Below, one piece after another: positions 1 through 9,879 of a DNA stretch of 64,000 bases. Position numbers and translations under genes: made by a program. Source of the DNA: Poseidonia sp. Lineage in GTDB: Archaea > Thermoplasmatota > Poseidoniia > Poseidoniales > Poseidoniaceae. The notes under the pieces were generated by a model. It ran no database searches, was not told the DNA's origin, and worked only from the letters and a program-made list of their open reading frames with translations. The stretch covers positions 14,122 to 78,121 of the forward strand of contig JAYOHN010000001.1 of assembly GCA_038118245.1 (NCBI GenBank), read 5' to 3'. Position 1 is the stretch's first letter, and each line of letters starts with the position of its first letter.

Positions 1-624
1 CCGCTGAGCCTTTATGGCGAAACAGGCTCAAACACATACTTCCTTGAACAGGCTCGGTTTCCCAACCCTTGAGCCCCATGGAGACCTTGCCTTTGCTCGT
101 CCTTCTTCTCCATCCGCTGCTGGCCAGCGGGCTGGTGGTCTGGGTCTGGTGGCAGTACGCCTGGCGAAAGAAGTCCCATGAACTCAGAGGCGAAGAGCGG
201 GCTTCCTATCTTTCGAAGCACGAAAGCAACGGAGAGCGTTTGCTCTGGGCCACCGGAGGAGTCATTCTCGTGGCCTTTGCGGCCCGCGGCTTTGTTGGTT
301 GGTACGAAGGAGATGACGTGCTCGCTGCGCTCCTGCCTCAGTCCCTTCACGGGTACATGGGCCCCGTCGGTTTTGCCTTGATGGTCGCCTTGACGCGATT
401 CGGCAGGCAGGCGCAGGCACAACGACTTGCAGGCGAATCGTTTGCGACTTCAAAACTCAAGCACGGACGTGCAGCCGATCTGGTCGTCTACCTCGTCTTT
501 ATCCACGCCTTCCTCGGGTTCATCTACACCTTTGATGTTCTTGCATGACGTGTCTCAAGCATGGCTCGCTGGCCTTCGCAGGAAGGCTCAACCAGGACAG
601 GAAGAGAATTCTCACTCAGGGTGC

Positions 625-2073
625 TCAAAAGACGCTGGAGAACAACCAACCGAAGGTTGACTCGTCACCGGGTCCAAGGTAGAACATCAACATGAACACG
701 GCGATGCCGTACATGACCGGCCCGGGCTCGTCGGCCTTGCCCATGCCGAGTTTGATGAGCACATAGGAGATCACACCCCATGCAATACCGTCAGCGATGG
801 AGTAGGTGAACGGCATCAAGACCATGGTTAGGAAGGCCGGCAACACCATTTCCTTGTCGTCCCAGTTGATTTCCGTTGCCTGCTTCATCATCGTTGCACC
901 GACAATCACCAGAGCACAAGCAGCGGCAAAGGTGGGGATGGCGGAGAACAAACCGGAGAGGAAGAGGCCGGAGAGCATCAACACGCCGACAACAACGGCG
1001 GTTAACCCTGTCTTTCCGCCTTCTTCAACACCCGCCGCGGATTCGATGTAGGTGGTGGTGGTGCTGGTACCGCAAAGCGCACCCACGATGGTCGCTGCTG
1101 CGTCGGACATGAAGGCTTCATCAGAGTTCTGGAGTTCGTCGTCCTCGTTGACATAGCCGGCTTGACGGCCAACGGAGTAGAGGGTCCCGGCGGTGTCAAA
1201 GATATCGACAAACAGGAAGGCGATCATCACAAGCATGAAGTCAGCGAGGTTGTCGCTGATGTCACCAAAGGCACCGGCTGCAGCGCCAAGGGATTCTTCG
1301 GGCATGCCGACGAAACCGAAGATTTCCGTCGGCCACTCAGCCGTGGAGGAAGCCCACCCTGCGCCGCCGGCAGCAAAGTCGTTGTAGGGGTCGTACGCAC
1401 CCAAAATCCATCCAACCAGCGAAGCCCCAAGGACGCCGTAAATGATGGCGCCTTTGATGCCCCGGGCCATCATCACCGCAATGGCGATGAGCGCGATCAT
1501 CCCGATGACAGCCCCGTGATCGTAGGAGAACGATTCCGTTGTGGCGAGGTTAACGAGGGTGGCCCCGTCGTCCTGAATCCACCCCATTTCACGAAGACCG
1601 ATGATGGCGAGAAACATACCGATACCGGCGCCTGTGGCGATTTTCAGGTCCTTCGGGATGGCGTTGATCATCTTGGTGCGCCATCCGATTTGGGGCAAGG
1701 AAATGATGAGGAAGATGACCCCTTCAACCAACACAGCGGCCAAAGCGATCTCCCACGGAATGCCCATGCCGAGCACGACAGCGAAGGTGAAGTACGCATT
1801 GAGTCCCATGCCCGGTGCGAGCGCAAAGGGAAGGTTGGCCCAAAGCCCCATGACCACGCAACCAACGAAGGCGGCGATGGCCGTGGCGAAGAGGGCATCG
1901 TTGTAGGGAATCCCAGTCGCCCCGAAATTGTGGAGCATGGATGGGTTCACGATGAGAATGTACGCCATCGTCAAAAACGTCGTCAGGCCAGCGCGCAGCT
2001 CACCGTTCAAGGTTGCACCGCGCTCTTCAAATTTGAAATAATTCCCAATATCTTGCTCAAATCCCATGGTCAT
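625..2073 (-). CDS. Purine (adenine/guanine/hypoxanthine) permease, NCS2/AzgA family
   Basis: 482 aa, about 12 predicted TM helices. Carries the AzgA/PbuG-type N-terminus (TFLTMAYILIVNPSML) and the NCS2 signature. Lies directly downstream of apt, which fits purine salvage. Confidence 0.85.
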   Translation of the reverse strand: MTMGFEQDIGNYFKFEERGATLNGELRAGLTTFLTMAYILIVNPSMLHNFGATGIPYNDALFATAIAAFVGCVVMGLWANLPFALAPGMGLNAYFTFAVVLGMGIPWEIALAAVLVEGVIFLIISLPQIGWRTKMINAIPKDLKIATGAGIGMFLAIIGLREMGWIQDDGATLVNLATTESFSYDHGAVIGMIALIAIAVMMARGIKGAIIYGVLGASLVGWILGAYDPYNDFAAGGAGWASSTAEWPTEIFGFVGMPEESLGAAAGAFGDISDNLADFMLVMIAFLFVDIFDTAGTLYSVGRQAGYVNEDDELQNSDEAFMSDAAATIVGALCGTSTTTTYIESAAGVEEGGKTGLTAVVVGVLMLSGLFLSGLFSAIPTFAAACALVIVGATMMKQATEINWDDKEMVLPAFLTMVLMPFTYSIADGIAWGVISYVLIKLGMGKADEPGPVMYGIAVFMLMFYLGPGDESTFGWLFSSVF

Positions 2074-2104
2074 GTCTCCTGTGGTTACCCTTCTATTGCG
2101 TGGA

Positions 2105-2120
2105 GGGATTAATATACTTC
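2105..2120 (-). promoter_or_regulatory. Candidate archaeal TATA box (minus-strand TATATTAAT) about 35 nt upstream of the permease ATG, followed by a GGAG Shine-Dalgarno-like motif
   Basis: This is an AT-rich island in otherwise 60% GC DNA. Its spacing to the ATG at 2073 is compatible with a BRE/TATA promoter and a short leader. Confidence 0.35.
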
Positions 2121-2142
2121 GGGTGAAAAAAACCCTTTTTTT
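2121..2142. terminator. Oligo-T/oligo-A tract with a short GGG...CCC hairpin; candidate terminator for apt
   Basis: GGGTGAAAAAAACCCTTTTTTT gives runs of 7 T on both strands, the hallmark of archaeal intrinsic termination. It sits between the apt stop and the permease promoter. Confidence 0.35.
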
Positions 2143-2172
2143 CTCTGAAAATCAGGTTTGTCCCGCTCACCG

Positions 2173-2688
2173 TCATTCGTCGTAAGTCACGAGGGTGTGC
2201 ACGGGCGCCCCAATCCCGTCTCGACCGTTCAAGAAGGTCAATTCAACCACCACGCCGCAGCCGACCACATCTGCTCCGGCCGACGTGCACAACTGAACCG
2301 AGGCGGCCAGGGTCCCACCTGTGGCCAGTAGATCGTCCAATATCACCACCCGCTGCCCCTCCACGAGGGCGTCGGTTTGAATTTCGATGGTGTCTGTTCC
2401 GTATTCCAGGTCGTAGGTGAGCGTGTGGGTTGGACCGGGGAGTTTCCCTTGCTTGCGAATCATCATCATCGGCACCCCAAGTCGCTGCGCAAGGGGCGTA
2501 GCAAACAGAAAACCACGGCTTTCGATACCCGCAATCACGTCCGGCTCCCACCGACGAAGAACGGCTTCGAATGCATCGAGGCAATGCGCCAGTGCCTCCG
2601 GCTCGCGCAACAACGTAGCAATGTCATAGAACAAGATGCCTTCAACGGGAAAATCCGGTATGCTCCGAATGTGTTCTTTGAGATTCAT
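2173..2688 (-). CDS. apt: Adenine phosphoribosyltransferase
   Basis: 171 aa, type I PRTase fold with the PRPP-binding loop VVILDDLLATGGT. The length is typical for Apt. Confidence 0.9.
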   Translation of the reverse strand: MNLKEHIRSIPDFPVEGILFYDIATLLREPEALAHCLDAFEAVLRRWEPDVIAGIESRGFLFATPLAQRLGVPMMMIRKQGKLPGPTHTLTYDLEYGTDTIEIQTDALVEGQRVVILDDLLATGGTLAASVQLCTSAGADVVGCGVVVELTFLNGRDGIGAPVHTLVTYDE

Positions 2689-2733
2689 GCACCGGTGTCG
2701 TAGCGTGCGGTTCTTCTACATGCCCTTAGGGGT

Positions 2734-5139
2734 TTGAGGCGAACATCAACAACGGAAACGCTGATTGAAATACAGCGTTTTTGCCGAAGAGGCATGGAAG
2801 GGGCAACAGACCCAGCCGTCTTGAAGGACCGTGCTTTCTTCAAAATGGGGTTATTCATCCACGACCACCAAAAAACCGTCATGGTTCTCGGACTCATCTC
2901 CTGCGTCCTCATGGCGGGGTTGTGGACCATCGGTGCCGATTGGGCCGAGGGATTTGGTGAGGACGATGTTGAATCGGTGAACGCCGGCCGCCTCATCTCC
3001 GAACGTTTCGCAAGCGACGGAGACGACAGCGGGCAATCGTTCCGCTACGTTGTCCATCATCCGAGCTTCAACGACAGCGACGATGCCTGGCGTTCAGCGG
3101 TGGTTGAAGCCCTGGCAGCCTTTGCCGAGCACCCCGAGGTGACCGTGGAATATTCGTGGGAGGTGGCCGATGTTGACCGAGATGATGTTGCCGCTGAGGA
3201 CGAGGATGGGATGTACGCCATCAACACCGTCCGGATGTCCACCGACCGAAAAGAGGCCAAGGCGATCATGAGCGACCTGCGCGACACGGTGGACATTGAC
3301 GAAGGGTTTGAGGGTTGGATGACCGACGGCATTTTCATCGATTGGACGTTTGATGACCGCATCAAAAACGACCTCATCAAAGCCGAGTTGATCTCCGGAC
3401 CCTTGTCCATCCTCATCTTGGGCATGGTCTTTGGTTCCATCGTCGCAGCCTTGCTTCCTGTTGGCGTCGGCGTTGGTACGGTCCTTGCCGCGATCGGCAT
3501 GACCGTCTGGCTCTCAAACGTCACCGACGTGACGGTTTACGCGACCAACATCATCTCCCTGATCGGCATCGGTGTCTCCATCGATTACTCGCTTTTCTTG
3601 GTCAACCGATTCCGTGAAGAACTCGACCGAGGGCATGACGTGCGAACGGCAACGGCCATGAGTTGCGCCACCGCTGGAAAAGCCGTTTTCTATTCAGGCA
3701 TCACGGTCGCCATCGGGTTGATGGGGATGTTGTTTTTCCAAAACACCTCCCTGCCCTCCTTGGGCATCGGCGGTACGATGGCGGTGTCCATCGCAATGGT
3801 GTACTCCACCGTCGTGTTACCTGCGGTCATGGCTTGGCTTGGCCCGAGGGTGAACAGCGGACGGATACCTTTCGCCCTGGACATGCGAGCGAAAGATGAC
3901 GGCGTCTGGGCGAGCATCGCTAAGCGCGTGATGGACCGGCCATGGGCGGTGCTGATCCCCACACTCGTCCTCTTGATCGGTGCCGGATTGCCGTTCGCCT
4001 ACGCTGAATTTTCGCTCTCTTCCTGGAAGGCCTTGCCGCCGGATGACGAATCGCGTCAGGGCATGGAGCTCATCGATGAACAATGGCCGGACCAGGCCGC
4101 CAACTCGATTTTCCTCGTCATCGACATGGATGGCGAGGACCCGCTTTCGGACGCAAACTTGCGAGCCCAACACGCCTACCTCACCAACCTCTTGGAAGAC
4201 CCGCGTGTCTCCGGAGGCATCGGGGTCGGGCTCCCGACGGCGACGATGACGGCGGAGGAGGTTGTGGGGTTCTGGTCGGCACCCGCAGAAGCCTTGGGTG
4301 AACAAGCGGCGATGCGAGAAAGCTTGCGTGCGTCCTTTGTGGGGGACGATGCAACCCTGATGTCGGTGCAACTCGTCGGGGCTCAGACAAGCGTGGATTC
4401 CAGGCAGACCGTTGAGGACATCCGAGACGAGCGCGGAACCTTTTTGGATGAATTGTCCGGGGAAAACGACCGCTTGCTCGTTGCTGGCTTCGCAGCCTAC
4501 AACGCTGACAACCTCGACGCCATAGCGGACAACCTTCCCCGCGCCTTGGCGTTCATCCTCATCGCCACGATGCTGTTGATTTTCGTGCAGGTAAAATCCG
4601 TGGTCATTCCCATCAAAGCCATTGCCATGAACATCCTCTCCATCTCGGCATCCTTCGGCATGCTGGTTTGGGTTTTCCAGTGGGGCTACGGGGAATCCTT
4701 GCTCAATTTTACCGCCCAACCCATCGATTCAGGCAACCCCGTCATCATGTTCTGCATCGTGTTCGGCCTCTCCATGGATTACGAAGTCTTGATGCTCTCC
4801 CGTATTCATGAAGAATGGGAACGGACAGGTGACAACACGCTGGCCGTCGCCAACGGCCTGCAAAAAACCGGGGGCCTCATCACCGGGGCAGCCGCCATCA
4901 TGGTCGTCGTCTTCAGTGCCTTTGGTTTGTCGTCGGTCATCATTCTCAAACAAATCGGCTTGGGCTTGGCCTTGGCTATTTTCGTCGACGCAACGCTCGT
5001 TCGCGCCCTGGTGGTCCCATCCACCATGCGCCTGATGGGCAAATGGAACTGGTGGGCCCCCTCATTTTTGAGCGGGAAAGGAAGCGGGGACCAAGCCCCT
5101 CACCTCCTTCAAGAGGCGATGGTCGGCGAGCAAGAATGA
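2734..5139 (+). CDS. MMPL/RND-superfamily membrane transporter (putative lipid/drug exporter)
   Basis: 801 aa with two 6-TM bundles separated by soluble loops. The MMPL-type motif YSLFLVNRFREEL is present. The true start may be an internal Met (MEGATD or MGLFIH). Confidence 0.8.
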   Translation: MRRTSTTETLIEIQRFCRRGMEGATDPAVLKDRAFFKMGLFIHDHQKTVMVLGLISCVLMAGLWTIGADWAEGFGEDDVESVNAGRLISERFASDGDDSGQSFRYVVHHPSFNDSDDAWRSAVVEALAAFAEHPEVTVEYSWEVADVDRDDVAAEDEDGMYAINTVRMSTDRKEAKAIMSDLRDTVDIDEGFEGWMTDGIFIDWTFDDRIKNDLIKAELISGPLSILILGMVFGSIVAALLPVGVGVGTVLAAIGMTVWLSNVTDVTVYATNIISLIGIGVSIDYSLFLVNRFREELDRGHDVRTATAMSCATAGKAVFYSGITVAIGLMGMLFFQNTSLPSLGIGGTMAVSIAMVYSTVVLPAVMAWLGPRVNSGRIPFALDMRAKDDGVWASIAKRVMDRPWAVLIPTLVLLIGAGLPFAYAEFSLSSWKALPPDDESRQGMELIDEQWPDQAANSIFLVIDMDGEDPLSDANLRAQHAYLTNLLEDPRVSGGIGVGLPTATMTAEEVVGFWSAPAEALGEQAAMRESLRASFVGDDATLMSVQLVGAQTSVDSRQTVEDIRDERGTFLDELSGENDRLLVAGFAAYNADNLDAIADNLPRALAFILIATMLLIFVQVKSVVIPIKAIAMNILSISASFGMLVWVFQWGYGESLLNFTAQPIDSGNPVIMFCIVFGLSMDYEVLMLSRIHEEWERTGDNTLAVANGLQKTGGLITGAAAIMVVVFSAFGLSSVIILKQIGLGLALAIFVDATLVRALVVPSTMRLMGKWNWWAPSFLSGKGSGDQAPHLLQEAMVGEQE

Positions 5140-5420
5140 AGCCGTTTCGGCGACAGAACGTTCAAAACATCGCCGACCGCCCGAGAAGCATGGCGCGAGA
5201 CCGAACCGTTCGCAAAGTCGAGAAGGTCATGAAGCGTGTTGAAAAGCACATCGAGGAAACCCGAGATGCCCTTGAAGACCTGGAAATTGAGTTTGAAGTC
5301 CTCAAGGCCACGGTAAAGCGACTTCGCAACGCCGCTGTGGAAGAAGCCCCCGTTGAGGTTGAGGATGACGAACCCGACATCGAGAACTCCACGAACACCA
5401 CCGCCATGCGAAAGTTTTGA
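5136..5420 (+). CDS. Small basic/acidic coiled-coil protein (hypothetical)
   Basis: The ATG at 5136 overlaps the MMPL stop codon. The N-terminus is Lys/Arg-rich and is followed by heptad-like coiled coil and an acidic tail. No recognisable family. Confidence 0.4.
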   Translation: MKPFRRQNVQNIADRPRSMARDRTVRKVEKVMKRVEKHIEETRDALEDLEIEFEVLKATVKRLRNAAVEEAPVEVEDDEPDIENSTNTTAMRKF

Positions 5421-5423
5421 CCA

Positions 5424-6440
5424 TCAACGAACCAAAACGTCGTCTCGGTTGGCCCACATCGTCATCCAATGAGCAAGATTCGCTTCCAATCCGGGGGGTT
5501 GAATCCTGCACCCACAGGCATTGGCGTGACCACCCCCGGTGGGGTCAAGTGACGTCGCTAAACGTGAAAGATCGTACCGGTCTTGCCCTTGGGGAAGGAA
5601 GGAATTGGCGTAAAAACTCGCCGAGAGCGGCGGGCGTTGCGGGTCGTCCAACCGTCCGTCGGCGTACCCATGGACGATGCAGCATGCATCGGCATCCCCT
5701 CCAGCCCAGGCCGTGACGAGGTAGCCGTTGGAGCGAAGCGGTGTCTCGTCGAAGCGGCAAACGGCCAACCGGTCAACGATGGTGGTGTTGGTTTTGACAT
5801 GTTCAAGCGCCAAGACCCGCTCGTTCACCACTTCCTGAATTCGCTGCTGAACGATTTGGTCGTTCAGCAAGTCGCCTAAGGTTGCACCTGAGGTCAGCAA
5901 AGCCACAAGATGGTCCATGTACGCCGGGTCCCGAGATGTGCAGGTTCGAGCGAGTTGAAGCAGCGGCCCGTCCTCAAGAAAGGCCTCCTTTGAGATGCCG
6001 CCCGAATCAAGCGCATCCACCGTCGGCATCATGTCAGCCAAATGGTCCATCTCGGTGATGTCGACCAACAAGTCGTAGGCCAAACGGGCAGCAGAGGGGG
6101 TCGCTTCCCAATGTTGAGTTCCTCCGGCAGCAGCGAAGGCCTCGGCTTGCTGCTCATCGGGACGGTTGGTCATGTGGTGGTCCACGTACCAACCGCATTC
6201 GGGATGAAACGGCAAATCGACCAGCGCCGTGGTTCGGTGGACGAGGTCGTCCATGATGCCCGAACGCAGAGCAGCGGCGTGCGTGAAGACCACCTCGGCC
6301 TCGGGCCGGTAGGCTTTGAGCACCGCCGCTCCGAACAAGCCGTCCATGTCCGAATCGGCGAGGATACGCGTGTAAAGCGGAACCTCGTCCTCGCTCAACG
6401 CTTCCACAGGCATGCCGATGTTGCTGGGACGGCCATCCAT
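5424..6440 (-). CDS. DHH/DHHA1-family phosphoesterase (NrnA-like nanoRNase/pAp phosphatase)
   Basis: Contains DHH motif I (ADSDMDG), motif III (VDHHMT) and the DHHA1 GGGH motif (TGGGHANACG). The ORF extends to 6530, but Met at 6440/6413 fits the family N-terminus better. Confidence 0.75.
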   Translation of the reverse strand: MDGRPSNIGMPVEALSEDEVPLYTRILADSDMDGLFGAAVLKAYRPEAEVVFTHAAALRSGIMDDLVHRTTALVDLPFHPECGWYVDHHMTNRPDEQQAEAFAAAGGTQHWEATPSAARLAYDLLVDITEMDHLADMMPTVDALDSGGISKEAFLEDGPLLQLARTCTSRDPAYMDHLVALLTSGATLGDLLNDQIVQQRIQEVVNERVLALEHVKTNTTIVDRLAVCRFDETPLRSNGYLVTAWAGGDADACCIVHGYADGRLDDPQRPPLSASFYANSFLPQGQDRYDLSRLATSLDPTGGGHANACGCRIQPPGLEANLAHWMTMWANRDDVLVR

Positions 6441-6498
6441 GAAGGTTCGGTGGTGACTCGCCGTTACGACCATGAAGAAGAACCGGTGGGCACACATC

Positions 6499-6909
6499 AT
6501 GGAAACCTCCTGCGGCGTCGTTTTGGTCAACTACGGAACGGTGTTGTTGCTCCAGTACCCGCAAGGGCACTGGGACCTACCAAAGGGTCACGTCGAAGCG
6601 GAAGATGTTGATCGTATCGAGACGATGCTGCGCGAACTCGCCGAGGAGACGGGCATCCATGACGTTCACATCCTGCACGGCTTTGAGGAGCGAACGGAGT
6701 ACACCTTCCGGCACAAGGGTAAACGGCAAACCAAGGAGGTCTACTGGTACCTCGCCGAAACCGAAGAAATGGAGGTCACGCTTTCCCATGAACATCGCGG
6801 CTACCTTTGGTTGGATTGGGACCAAGCGCTTGAGACCATCACGCACGGGGAGACTCGCGCCGTGGTTGAAAGCGCACAGCGTTTTGTCCAACTCCACGGA
6901 CGGCAGTGA
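6499..6909 (+). CDS. NUDIX hydrolase (Ap4A/dinucleoside-polyphosphate hydrolase-like)
   Basis: Nudix box GHVEAEDVDRIETMLRELAEETGI. About 136 aa from METSCGVV. Transcribed divergently from the DHH phosphoesterase. Confidence 0.8.
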   Translation: METSCGVVLVNYGTVLLLQYPQGHWDLPKGHVEAEDVDRIETMLRELAEETGIHDVHILHGFEERTEYTFRHKGKRQTKEVYWYLAETEEMEVTLSHEHRGYLWLDWDQALETITHGETRAVVESAQRFVQLHGRQ

Positions 6910-7605
6910 TCACAACGCGGAAAAGTCATCATCGTTTGAGCGGATTTGAGCCACTCGATGCGCCACCCCTCGTTCAGCCGGACGTTTTCCAAGAGGCACC
7001 CAAAGCGTCTCGTCTTCGTTCAACATCAAGCCGACCCAGCGACCCAAAACGAACAACCAGTCCGAAAGGCGGTTCAGGTACACCAAGACCACGGAACGCA
7101 CCGCTCCCTCTCCTTCGTGTTCACCGAGTTGCACCGCCTCGCGTTCAAGCCTCCGCGTGACCGTCCGGGCCAAATGCAGAGCAGCAACCGGAGGCGACCC
7201 TGTGGGAAGCACGAAACTCTTCAGTTCCGGGAGGTCTTCCAGCCAGGCGTCCATCTCGGCGACCAAAACATCGGTTTGTTGCTCGGAGAGAAGCACCATG
7301 TAATCGGGTAAGGTGGAAGGGGGGCAAGCGAGTTCTGCACCCAGGTCAAACAATTCGTTTTGCACCCTTGAGAGAGCTTCCGTAGCCACGGTATGAACCC
7401 GTTTTGCGCTCGTGCGGTCGCCGCCGTCCTCGTGAACGGGAAGGCGATTCAATTCCATCAACACCGTCCCAATCCAGCTGTTGACCTCGTCGCAAACGCC
7501 AACGACACCGAAGCGAGGGTCGCCTTTTGAGCGGCGGGAACCGTCGACCAAGGAGGATTCGCCAGCGTCGCCTCCGCCGGTGTAAACGCGATTGATCTTC
7601 ACCAT
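6910..7605 (-). CDS. ATP:cob(I)alamin adenosyltransferase, PduO type
   Basis: N-terminal KINRVYTGGGDAGES matches the PduO/MMAB signature (IYTRTGDxGxT). 231 aa; the C-terminal half is extended relative to minimal PduO. Confidence 0.7.
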   Translation of the reverse strand: MVKINRVYTGGGDAGESSLVDGSRRSKGDPRFGVVGVCDEVNSWIGTVLMELNRLPVHEDGGDRTSAKRVHTVATEALSRVQNELFDLGAELACPPSTLPDYMVLLSEQQTDVLVAEMDAWLEDLPELKSFVLPTGSPPVAALHLARTVTRRLEREAVQLGEHEGEGAVRSVVLVYLNRLSDWLFVLGRWVGLMLNEDETLWVPLGKRPAERGVAHRVAQIRSNDDDFSAL

Positions 7606-7631
7606 CTTCCCTCGCCCTCATCAAGCCGAGT

Positions 7632-8138
7632 TCATGCCTCTATGAGGGGTTTGCGGGAAGGGAAGCCTTCCTCCATCCGGTAATACCACTCGATGTCTTC
7701 TTCACCAACGGCCCAAGAGAACAACGCCATGCGTCGGTCGACCACCCCGTACCACTCAAGGCGACCGGGGTCCATGGAGACGATGCGGGCGCCGACCGAT
7801 TCAAGACGAGCGACGTTCGCTTGCCATTGAGCCACCAGTTGACCGAGGTGCTCGGCCACTTCCATCACGTGCGGATGGGTCATGGGGTACCGGTCAAGAA
7901 GCAATTCAAGTTCATCGGTGACATCGTGCGCTTCGTCGCTCATGGCCTGAAGCACCATCAAGACACTGCTCGCCTCCTTGAGCGAGGCTCGGGCGTCCTC
8001 AATGGTGACGACCACCGCGTCATCGGGGAGCGGGTAGGGGAGTTCAGCATCGGGTGAGAGTTCCTCCAAAGCCATGGGGAGGCCAGAAAATGAAGGTTGG
8101 TCTGAAGGCGGACTCACGGCTAAGGCTTGACTTGACAC
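7632..8138 (-). CDS. Hypothetical acidic protein (probably co-transcribed with the PduO-type gene)
   Basis: 168 aa, lies 26 nt upstream of 6910-7605 on the same strand. No motif recognised. Confidence 0.45.
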   Translation of the reverse strand: MSSQALAVSPPSDQPSFSGLPMALEELSPDAELPYPLPDDAVVVTIEDARASLKEASSVLMVLQAMSDEAHDVTDELELLLDRYPMTHPHVMEVAEHLGQLVAQWQANVARLESVGARIVSMDPGRLEWYGVVDRRMALFSWAVGEEDIEWYYRMEEGFPSRKPLIEA

Positions 8139-8209
8139 CCTTTCAACTCATCGGAAGCGCGGCATGAGAAAACGCTCTTTTTGAACGGATTTTGGACATC
8201 CGAGGCAGA

Positions 8210-8491
8210 TTAACCGGGGAGTGCTGCTGAAGAGACCCGCCGGGTTCGAAGCCGACGAACCTTCGCCCACCCAACGGTGATGACGCCCGCCCACATCACG
8301 ACCTCAAGAGCGATGATGAGGTAGTACAAGGGCCCAAGCGATTTGAGCATCGTGACCGCATCGTAGGGCAGGCCGTGGACGGCCATGTACGCCGACTGCG
8401 AAAGCAGGCTGGAAGAAAACCAAACCAGGACAGCAAGCCAAAGCCATGTTCCACCCGTCCATTCTTTGGAGCGATGCTGTAACTTTTCCAT
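8210..8491 (-). CDS. Small 2-TM membrane protein (hypothetical)
   Basis: 93 aa with two hydrophobic helices and a basic C-terminus. Confidence 0.35.
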   Translation of the reverse strand: MEKLQHRSKEWTGGTWLWLAVLVWFSSSLLSQSAYMAVHGLPYDAVTMLKSLGPLYYLIIALEVVMWAGVITVGWAKVRRLRTRRVSSAALPG

Positions 8492-8563
8492 GAAATAACA
8501 TGGTCGTCCATGGATATAAGTCCTCGTTTGAATTGTGCGCGAAATCCCCGAAATCCGGAAGCT

Positions 8564-9343
8564 TTACTCCGCTTCCGCTACGTTATCTTCGCTTGCGAGG
8601 GATGGAGACAACCGGTTCATGGAATCCAGCGCCTCCTCGACAGCCTCGATCCAAGCGTCGGCGACCGCTGCCTCGCCACCCGCATCCTCAAACGCTTCCA
8701 ACCACCGCTGAGCTGCTTCGTCCTCGCCAAGAAAAACATGAATCCGATGAAGGGCGACGTAGGCCATTGGATTGAGGTGTTCCTCATCCGCATCCCAACC
8801 GCGTTCAAAACACGCCACAGCGCCGTGTTCCCCGATAAGTTGCCCGCGCTGAAGCGCCACCATGCCGGCTTGACTCCAAGCCAAAGGCAAACGACCGATA
8901 AGCAAACCGCGGAACACCAACCAGGTCTGACCACCGCCCAGCACGACCAACATCAAGAAGCCCGACCATTGTTCAAACGTCGCGAGGTCCGGCCACGTTT
9001 GCACCATCAGCCCTCCAGCCCCAATGCAAAACAAGAACCCGGCCATGGGTGCGATGAAGACGTCGCGGCGTGTTCGTACCATGTGATGGATGCCCGCAAG
9101 AACACCGAAGGACCCCACGACCAACGAAAAGGTGAGCAAGAACACCAAGGACATGGGCCGAGGGGCTTGTTCGCCGACGGCAAGCAGGAACGAAAACGAG
9201 AGGAGGAGCCAACCGAATCGGCCTGAAATTTCCGGAAAGGGTTGATGCCGGCTGCCCAAAATCAGGGCCAACGAAACCGTGAACATGGCGGCGAGAACAA
9301 GCCACTTGCCGGTCGTCTCGTCAAGGAACACGCTTGCACCCAA
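8564..9343 (-). CDS. Polytopic membrane protein with C-terminal acidic helical domain (hypothetical)
   Basis: 259 aa with 5-6 predicted TM helices followed by an acidic alpha-helical tail. The antisense ORF 8510-9226 is low-complexity and was rejected. Confidence 0.5.
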   Translation of the reverse strand: MGASVFLDETTGKWLVLAAMFTVSLALILGSRHQPFPEISGRFGWLLLSFSFLLAVGEQAPRPMSLVFLLTFSLVVGSFGVLAGIHHMVRTRRDVFIAPMAGFLFCIGAGGLMVQTWPDLATFEQWSGFLMLVVLGGGQTWLVFRGLLIGRLPLAWSQAGMVALQRGQLIGEHGAVACFERGWDADEEHLNPMAYVALHRIHVFLGEDEAAQRWLEAFEDAGGEAAVADAWIEAVEEALDSMNRLSPSLASEDNVAEAE

Positions 9344-9367
9344 ACGGAGGCACCCGATGGGGTGCTA

Positions 9368-9802
9368 TCATGCTTTGTGATAGCCTGTGCCGCGTTGGAT
9401 TTCACTCGCCCTGTACACTTGTTCCACCAGCATCACCGCCGCCAGTTCATGCGGAAACGTCATCGGCGAGAGCGATAAACGTTGAGCGGCGTCGATGGCC
9501 GGCAAGGAAGGCCATCCCTCCGCCGGACCGATGGCGAGATGGACCGTTTCGCTTGAAAGCTGCCATGCCTCGTAGCGCCTCGCAAAGGCCATGGAATCGT
9601 CGATTTCACCGCCCTCATCGAGCAAGACCAAGCTTCCGGCGAGGTCCAAGAGGCGGGTAACGTAGGCCTCGGCGGAGAGTTTGGAGGGGTGGTGTTCAAA
9701 ACGAACCCCTCGACCTTTGAGCCGCTCGCCGTACATCGTCATCAGGCGCTGAAGCGAGGCGTCTTTTGGGACACCGTGCGTGTGGAGAACAAGGCGACCC
9801 AT
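9368..9802 (-). CDS. rlmH: 23S rRNA (pseudouridine-N3)-methyltransferase RlmH (SPOUT)
   Basis: 144 aa with the SPOUT knot motifs [24 protein letters not shown]. Length and end-to-end similarity fit RlmH. Confidence 0.8.
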   Translation of the reverse strand: MGRLVLHTHGVPKDASLQRLMTMYGERLKGRGVRFEHHPSKLSAEAYVTRLLDLAGSLVLLDEGGEIDDSMAFARRYEAWQLSSETVHLAIGPAEGWPSLPAIDAAQRLSLSPMTFPHELAAVMLVEQVYRASEIQRGTGYHKA

Positions 9803-9879
9803 GGTGCACCGAGACCGAGCGGCGATTTCAACCCTCGTCGCAGGAACAACTCCTTGAACCCGAAGGTAAGCAGACCATC

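Noticed and set aside
5043-5135. N-terminal 31 codons of ORF 5043-5420 overlapping the MMPL gene end
   Set aside because: An internal ATG at 5136 overlaps the MMPL stop exactly and removes an out-of-frame 96-nt overlap. The upstream part is probably not translated.
8241-8270. GGTTCGAAGCC T-arm-like sequence (possible tRNA)
   Set aside because: No matching T-stem pairing, acceptor stem or anticodon arm could be built on either strand. It lies inside a plausible small membrane-protein ORF.
8510-9226. 238-aa plus-strand ORF overlapping the 8564-9343 membrane protein
   Set aside because: Low-complexity Gln/Pro/His/Arg-rich translation. The opposite-strand product has clear TM helices.
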